From: a candidate division WOR-3 bacterium
GTDB taxonomy: Bacteria > Hydrothermota > Tepidihabitantia > SM23-42 > CAYGYG01
Direction: 5' to 3'
NCBI GenBank assembly: GCA_965648915.1
Contig: CBFGIV010000057.1
Span: 1 to 12,820, forward strand
Length of the DNA: 12,820 bases
The position numbers and the translations under genes were made by a program. The notes beneath the pieces are model-generated. The model searched no databases. It was not told the origin of the DNA and saw nothing but the letters and a program-made list of their open reading frames with translations. Below are positions 8,772 to 12,820 of the stretch, in pieces; the first letter of the stretch is position 1, and each line of letters begins with the position of its first letter.

Positions 8772-9634
8772 TATCTAATTCTTAACTTAAGGGTAGAGGT
8801 GTAGCTTGAATCCTTCATCTTCTCTTTCAATTTAAAAATTAACCAGGATGTCTGACAGAGGATATTATTGCGATAACATCGCCACTTCTTGATGATGTCG
8901 ACAATCTTTTGCTCGAAAGCAATCTTGAGAAGTGATTCTAATAGACTGATATGCAAAGAGTGGTACTCCTGAGAGGAAAGGCGCTTAATTGGATAGAGGT
9001 CGTATCTGGTCCAGAAACCGGTATCATAGCGATCGATAATTTTGATCAAGGTCTTGAATCCTGCTTCAAACAGTCTTTCCGCTTCGCCCACTCGGTGGTG
9101 AGCCCAGAGGTCATAAAGACCGATGAGTGAAAAGATGAAGCCATTCAGGACCATAGAGGGAGGAGAGGAGGGAAATTCTTCATAGAAATCACCCGACTCG
9201 GTATGGATAAGCACGCCCCCTTTGTCTGATGAGCGGCCGAATGGTTGCAGAGCCAGAATAGCGATATCGAGGTATTCTCTTTTTCTGGTGACAAGCGCTA
9301 TCCTTGAGAGAAGAGCGATTGCCTGTCCCTGAACCATTGCACTGGGCCAGGGTGCATCGATCTTATAATAACTATTCGGGAAGTTGATATACCAGACACC
9401 ATCCTGCTGATTTTTGACCAACCAATCAGCCAGATTCGATGCACGGTTGAGTGATGCTGAGTCGTTAAACTCGATGTAAGTATTATAGAGGTGGAGCCCC
9501 CAGTTGGCAACCGTTACTGGATGGCAGACTCGACCGACATCGGGGAGATAAACGATTGGAATACCTCGACAATTAAATTGGACAGGATAGAGATCGTTTT
9601 TATTAAACTGATAATAGTATTTTTTCAGAGTCAT
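8771..9634 (-). CDS. D-glucuronyl C5-epimerase family protein (C5-epim_C catalytic domain)
   Basis: WPSAMVQGQAIALLSR, GGV, FYEEFP..P.SMVLNGFIFSLIGLYD, YDTGFWTRYDL, EYHSLHI.LL: the conserved blocks of the GLCE C-terminal domain; no signal peptide. Confidence 0.9.
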   Translation of the reverse strand: MTLKKYYYQFNKNDLYPVQFNCRGIPIVYLPDVGRVCHPVTVANWGLHLYNTYIEFNDSASLNRASNLADWLVKNQQDGVWYINFPNSYYKIDAPWPSAMVQGQAIALLSRIALVTRKREYLDIAILALQPFGRSSDKGGVLIHTESGDFYEEFPSSPPSMVLNGFIFSLIGLYDLWAHHRVGEAERLFEAGFKTLIKIIDRYDTGFWTRYDLYPIKRLSSQEYHSLHISLLESLLKIAFEQKIVDIIKKWRCYRNNILCQTSWLIFKLKEKMKDSSYTSTLKLRIR

Positions 9635-9645
9635 TTTAACGCCTT

Positions 9646-9673
9646 ATTATAATTGAAGTTTGAGCGAAGTCAA
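9646..9673 (-). promoter_or_regulatory. sigma70-type promoter of the glycan operon
   Basis: Minus strand TTGACT (9673-9668), 16 nt, TATAAT (9651-9646); 11 nt to ATG 9634. Confidence 0.75.
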
Positions 9674-9693
9674 TACAAGAAACATGAGCAGAG

Positions 9694-9721
9694 TTGACAA
9701 TAAATCTCTGTTAGATATAAT
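9694..9721 (+). promoter_or_regulatory. sigma70-type promoter, probably leaderless, for the serine hydrolase/radical SAM pair
   Basis: Perfect TTGACA (9694-9699), 16 nt, perfect TATAAT (9716-9721); 7 nt to ATG 9729; no SD. Confidence 0.85.
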
Positions 9722-9728
9722 CTAACCA

Positions 9729-10841
9729 ATGAGAGATTTTAAGAAACTGGATGCCTATTTGAAGAGATGCATTGATCAGCATCTCTTTCCCGGAGCAGTG
9801 GTGCTGGTCGGCAATAACCGGGATGACCTCTTCTTTGAAAAGTATGGCTATGCTGAAATTGAGCCAAATAAGCGTCTGATGACCCTTGATTCAATCTTTG
9901 ATCTGGCATCGTTGACCAAGCCAATTGCTACCGCGACCTCAATATTAATACTTAAAGAGGAGAATAAACTTGATCTGAACAATTGTCTCGGCCGGTATTT
10001 TTCAGAATTGAAATCTTCACCTTACCAGGATATCACTATTTTTGAGTTGCTGGTCCATACTTCCGGGATCCCGGCCTGGTATCCACTATATCTTGTTTCT
10101 GAGGAATTAGAAAAAAAGATTGAATTCATCGGTGGTCTGAAACCAAAATTTGAAAGGAACCAGGGGGTAGAATATTCCTGCTTAAATTATATAATCCTTG
10201 GTGAACTGATCCGAAGGGTCAGTGGTATGAGTCTCAATGAATTCTCGAGGCGAAGAGTTTTTGAACCCCTATCAATGAAAGAGACATTCTTCCTGCCCCC
10301 AGACAGATTTAAAGAGAGATTTGTTACGACCGAGATTGGTAACGGTTATGAAAAAGAGACAAGTGCTCAATATGTCCAGGGAGTAAAAGTTGAATGGCGT
10401 GAATATCCAATAAGGGGCGAGGTCCACGATGGTAACTCATTTTATGGCTTTGGCGGTGTCAGCGGTAATGCCGGACTATTTTCTACAGCTCGAGATATTG
10501 CGAAGTTTATACGATCAATCTTGACTAAAAAGAGTGTGATCAGTGATAAATCCATCGACCTGATGATTGAAAATCACACTCTCCACCTTGATCAGGGAAG
10601 GGGCCTGGGCTGGGCAATTGCCAGTAAGTTTGCGGGCAAAAATTTCTCAAGGAAGACCTTTGGCCATACCGGCTTCACCGGTGTCTCGCTTTATGCCGAT
10701 CCCCAGACTGAACTCTTTGTAATCTTGCTGACCAATGCTGTTCACCCTAAGGTGCGCAGAGGCATTCTTGATCAGGTGAGGCCCGAAGTCTGTAATTTAG
10801 CATACCAGGAGGCAATTTCAAAGTCGAAATCCAGAAGGTAA
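9729..10841 (+). CDS. Serine hydrolase, class C beta-lactamase/PBP family (YbbE/AmiE/YfeW-like)
   Basis: FDLASLTK (SxxK), LLVHTSG, YSCLNY, GEVHDGN....GGVSGNAGLFSTA.D, FGHTGFTG, LLTN; no signal peptide. Confidence 0.9.
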   Translation: MRDFKKLDAYLKRCIDQHLFPGAVVLVGNNRDDLFFEKYGYAEIEPNKRLMTLDSIFDLASLTKPIATATSILILKEENKLDLNNCLGRYFSELKSSPYQDITIFELLVHTSGIPAWYPLYLVSEELEKKIEFIGGLKPKFERNQGVEYSCLNYIILGELIRRVSGMSLNEFSRRRVFEPLSMKETFFLPPDRFKERFVTTEIGNGYEKETSAQYVQGVKVEWREYPIRGEVHDGNSFYGFGGVSGNAGLFSTARDIAKFIRSILTKKSVISDKSIDLMIENHTLHLDQGRGLGWAIASKFAGKNFSRKTFGHTGFTGVSLYADPQTELFVILLTNAVHPKVRRGILDQVRPEVCNLAYQEAISKSKSRR

Positions 10842-10859
10842 AGGATATCTCTTAATCTT

Positions 10860-11744
10860 ATGCTCTGCAATATCTGCCCCCATCAATGCTTGGTTGATCG
10901 AAAGGAGAAGGTGGGTATATGTAAAGCCCCGGCCGAATTTAAGATTGCCCGGGCTCAACTCCATTACTATGAGGAACCCTGTATCAGTGGCAAACAGGGT
11001 TCGGGAACGATCTTTTTCTCTCACTGCAACCTCCATTGTAAGTTCTGTCAGAATTACAAAATTTCACAAAAATATTTTGGCAAGATTGTCACAGCCGAAA
11101 GATTGGTTGAGATTATGTTTGAATTGAAGACAAGAGGCGCTTTGAATATAAATTTAGTAAGCCCGACCCCATATACAGAACAGTTGATATCAGTCCTTGA
11201 GTATGTTAAAGTAAAAAATAAACTAAATTTGCCTATTATCTGGAATAGCAATGGTTACGAGAAGATTGAAACCTTGAGAAATCTATCAGGATTGGTCGAT
11301 GTCTATCTGCCTGATCTTAAATATTTTTCGTCAGCTCTCTCGCTCAAATTTTCTGGAGTTAAGGACTATTTTAAGTGGGCAAGTTCTGCTCTCCTTGAAA
11401 TGCGCCGGCAACTGCCTGAAGACATTTTTAATAAGGATGGTATTATGGAGAAGGGGTTGATTCTCCGGCACCTTGTCCTTCCCGGTCAGATTGAGGATAG
11501 CAAAAAAGTGCTTGAATGGGTTAGAAGAAGTTTGGGAAGGAAGACGATAGTCAGTCTTATGGCGCAATACTATCCAACCTACTGTGCAACTGATTATCCT
11601 CCGCTTGACCGCAGATTGACTCAGGATGAATATCAAGAGGTCTGTGACTACTTCTTAGAACTTGGTTTTACCGATGGTTTTTTTCAGGAACTCTCCTCAG
11701 CCGAGTCTTCTTATACTCCCGATTTTAATCTCGAAGGTGTATAG
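10860..11744 (+). CDS. Radical SAM protein, PflX-like (putative PFL-activating enzyme family)
   Basis: N-terminal C-x2-C-x3-C...C, EEPCISG..GSGTIFFSHCNLHCKFCQNY.ISQ (CxxxCxxC), NINLVSPT, DVYLPDLKY, RHLVLPG, SLMAQY.P. Confidence 0.92.
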   Translation: MLCNICPHQCLVDRKEKVGICKAPAEFKIARAQLHYYEEPCISGKQGSGTIFFSHCNLHCKFCQNYKISQKYFGKIVTAERLVEIMFELKTRGALNINLVSPTPYTEQLISVLEYVKVKNKLNLPIIWNSNGYEKIETLRNLSGLVDVYLPDLKYFSSALSLKFSGVKDYFKWASSALLEMRRQLPEDIFNKDGIMEKGLILRHLVLPGQIEDSKKVLEWVRRSLGRKTIVSLMAQYYPTYCATDYPPLDRRLTQDEYQEVCDYFLELGFTDGFFQELSSAESSYTPDFNLEGV

Positions 11745-11776
11745 TATCGTCCCCAGCTGGTGAAACTGTTTCCGGT

Positions 11777-12343
11777 CTACAGGGGTTTGCAGATAATCTT
11801 GTGGACTCTGGTATTAAAGAAATTCTTTCCGTGCGCGGGCGTAATAACAATTGCCGCATCCGCCCCCTGGTCAGTGCCACCGACCGCAATTATCTTTTTA
11901 CCCGCAGGAATCAAACCGGCATCTAATGCCATGATCGAGATCTCTACAGCAACTTTTATCCCTTCGCCAAATATTCTCAAGACATTGGCCGCAATTTCAT
12001 CAGGGTAGAGGCCACCGAATTTCAGCCGGACCGCCCGTCCCATACCACCAAAGAAATGGGTTGTGCGTAACACCGCCACGCCCTGCTTCTTTAAGTAATT
12101 TTCAGTTGCTTTATTCATCTCATTAAAACCGGGTCGAATAAAACCGGTATGGTGCGTTACACAGATTGTATTAATCCCCTCAGGTTTGAGTTTAAGAAAT
12201 TCTTTGATGGTTGCACCGGTGCTTGAGGCGATGATGACATATTTAATCTTTTCATCCTGTGCTGTTCTTAAGACTTCTCTTAATGTCGTTAGCGTGTTCT
12301 CTTTACCCGGTTTTGACCAGTAGTGAATCTGGCATTTAACCAT
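11777..12343 (-). CDS. Stand-alone pyruvate kinase C-terminal-like (PK_C; MTH1675/COG1751) protein
   Basis: Y..KPGKENT..T, IIASSTG.T, VTHH.GF, A..LR.FG.G.KVAVEI..MA.DAG, IA.GGT..GADAA; SD-like AAGGGG upstream. Confidence 0.85.
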   Translation of the reverse strand: MVKCQIHYWSKPGKENTLTTLREVLRTAQDEKIKYVIIASSTGATIKEFLKLKPEGINTICVTHHTGFIRPGFNEMNKATENYLKKQGVAVLRTTHFFGGMGRAVRLKFGGLYPDEIAANVLRIFGEGIKVAVEISIMALDAGLIPAGKKIIAVGGTDQGADAAIVITPAHGKNFFNTRVHKIICKPL

Positions 12344-12351
12344 ATTACCCC

Positions 12352-12621
12352 TTATTTACTTCTTATCCTTCTCAGTTCGTAGAGAACATGATTCTCAGGG
12401 TCCGGACAGCAGACATAAGTAATGTCTCTTCTCTTATCCCAGGGATGTGAACCGCCGAAACGAAAGACCCGCAGGGCCGAGTAGATTGAATGGAAGGCAG
12501 CCTGGCACATTCCGCCCGGTGTTTTCTTATCGATAAGCCAGGTCTGGCCGACTTTAAATTTCATCGGACATTTACCTTCGATAGATTTTATTCTTACCCG
12601 AACTTTATAAGTCTTTTTCAT
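12352..12621 (-). CDS. TIGR04076-family small Cys-containing protein
   Basis: 89 aa from ATG 12621 (SD AAGGAG at 12633-12628); G.CP....G, P.GMC..A, GG..PW, CCPD....V.YEL.R. Confidence 0.8.
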   Translation of the reverse strand: MKKTYKVRVRIKSIEGKCPMKFKVGQTWLIDKKTPGGMCQAAFHSIYSALRVFRFGGSHPWDKRRDITYVCCPDPENHVLYELRRIRSK

Positions 12622-12649
12622 TTTTTGCTCCTTGATTGAACCCATCTTT

Positions 12650-12678
12650 AGTATAGGCGCATTCTGGCATTTTGTCAA
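12650..12678 (-). promoter_or_regulatory. sigma70-type promoter of the TIGR04076/PK_C unit
   Basis: Minus strand TTGACA (12678-12673), 17 nt, TATACT (12655-12650); 28 nt to ATG 12621. Confidence 0.8.
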
Positions 12679-12820
12679 TACACCAGGGTTGAGGGGTAGC
12701 GTCAATATTTTTGTGTAAATTCTTTTATTGCTTTTAAAGGGCGATCCTTCCATCTGTTATTATATTTGTTAAAAAGAGCAAGAACAATCCGCTCACAACT
12801 CTCTGAATCCGTAAAGGCAC

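Noticed and set aside
9729..10841. True beta-lactam resistance gene (ampC)
   Set aside because: No signal peptide; the VHDxN...AGLFST and HTG motifs fit the esterase/amidase subfamily
11745..11776. Bidirectional terminator between the radical SAM and PK_C genes
   Set aside because: Only short palindromes (CCAGCTGG, GAAACTGTTTC), with no stable stem or U-tracts
662..12008. Short alternative-frame and antisense ORFs in the ORF track (e.g. 3161-3421, 6372-6725, 7865-8149, 11331-11636, 11760-12008)
   Set aside because: All lie within or almost entirely over well-supported genes and show no recognisable motifs; treated as shadows
12787..12798. 12-nt match to the lac operator (TTGTGAGCGGAT on the minus strand)
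   Set aside because: The second half-site is absent and the flanks do not resemble vector; likely chance

Overview
Bacterial chromosomal window, almost fully coding, with no rRNA, tRNA, CRISPR or mobile element that I can see. From left to right it holds rpsT (+) with its own sigma70 promoter, then a tightly coupled 8-gene minus-strand operon (9634 to 474). In transcription order the operon encodes a D-glucuronyl C5-epimerase-family protein, a GT4, a Wzx flippase, a two-domain CE4 polysaccharide deacetylase, a second GT4, an HDAC-family deacetylase, a SagB/ThcOx-type nitroreductase and a DUF2723/TMEM260-like GT-C membrane glycosyltransferase. A divergent, apparently leaderless promoter drives a class C beta-lactamase-family serine hydrolase and a PflX-type radical SAM gene (+). 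These converge on a two-gene unit (-) of a TIGR04076 Cys protein and a PK_C/MTH1675-like protein. The best candidate for an undescribed system is the glycan operon, which pairs a heparan-type C5-epimerase with deacetylases, a flippase and a homologue of a eukaryotic protein O-mannosyltransferase. All family calls come from motif recognition by eye; no searches were run.
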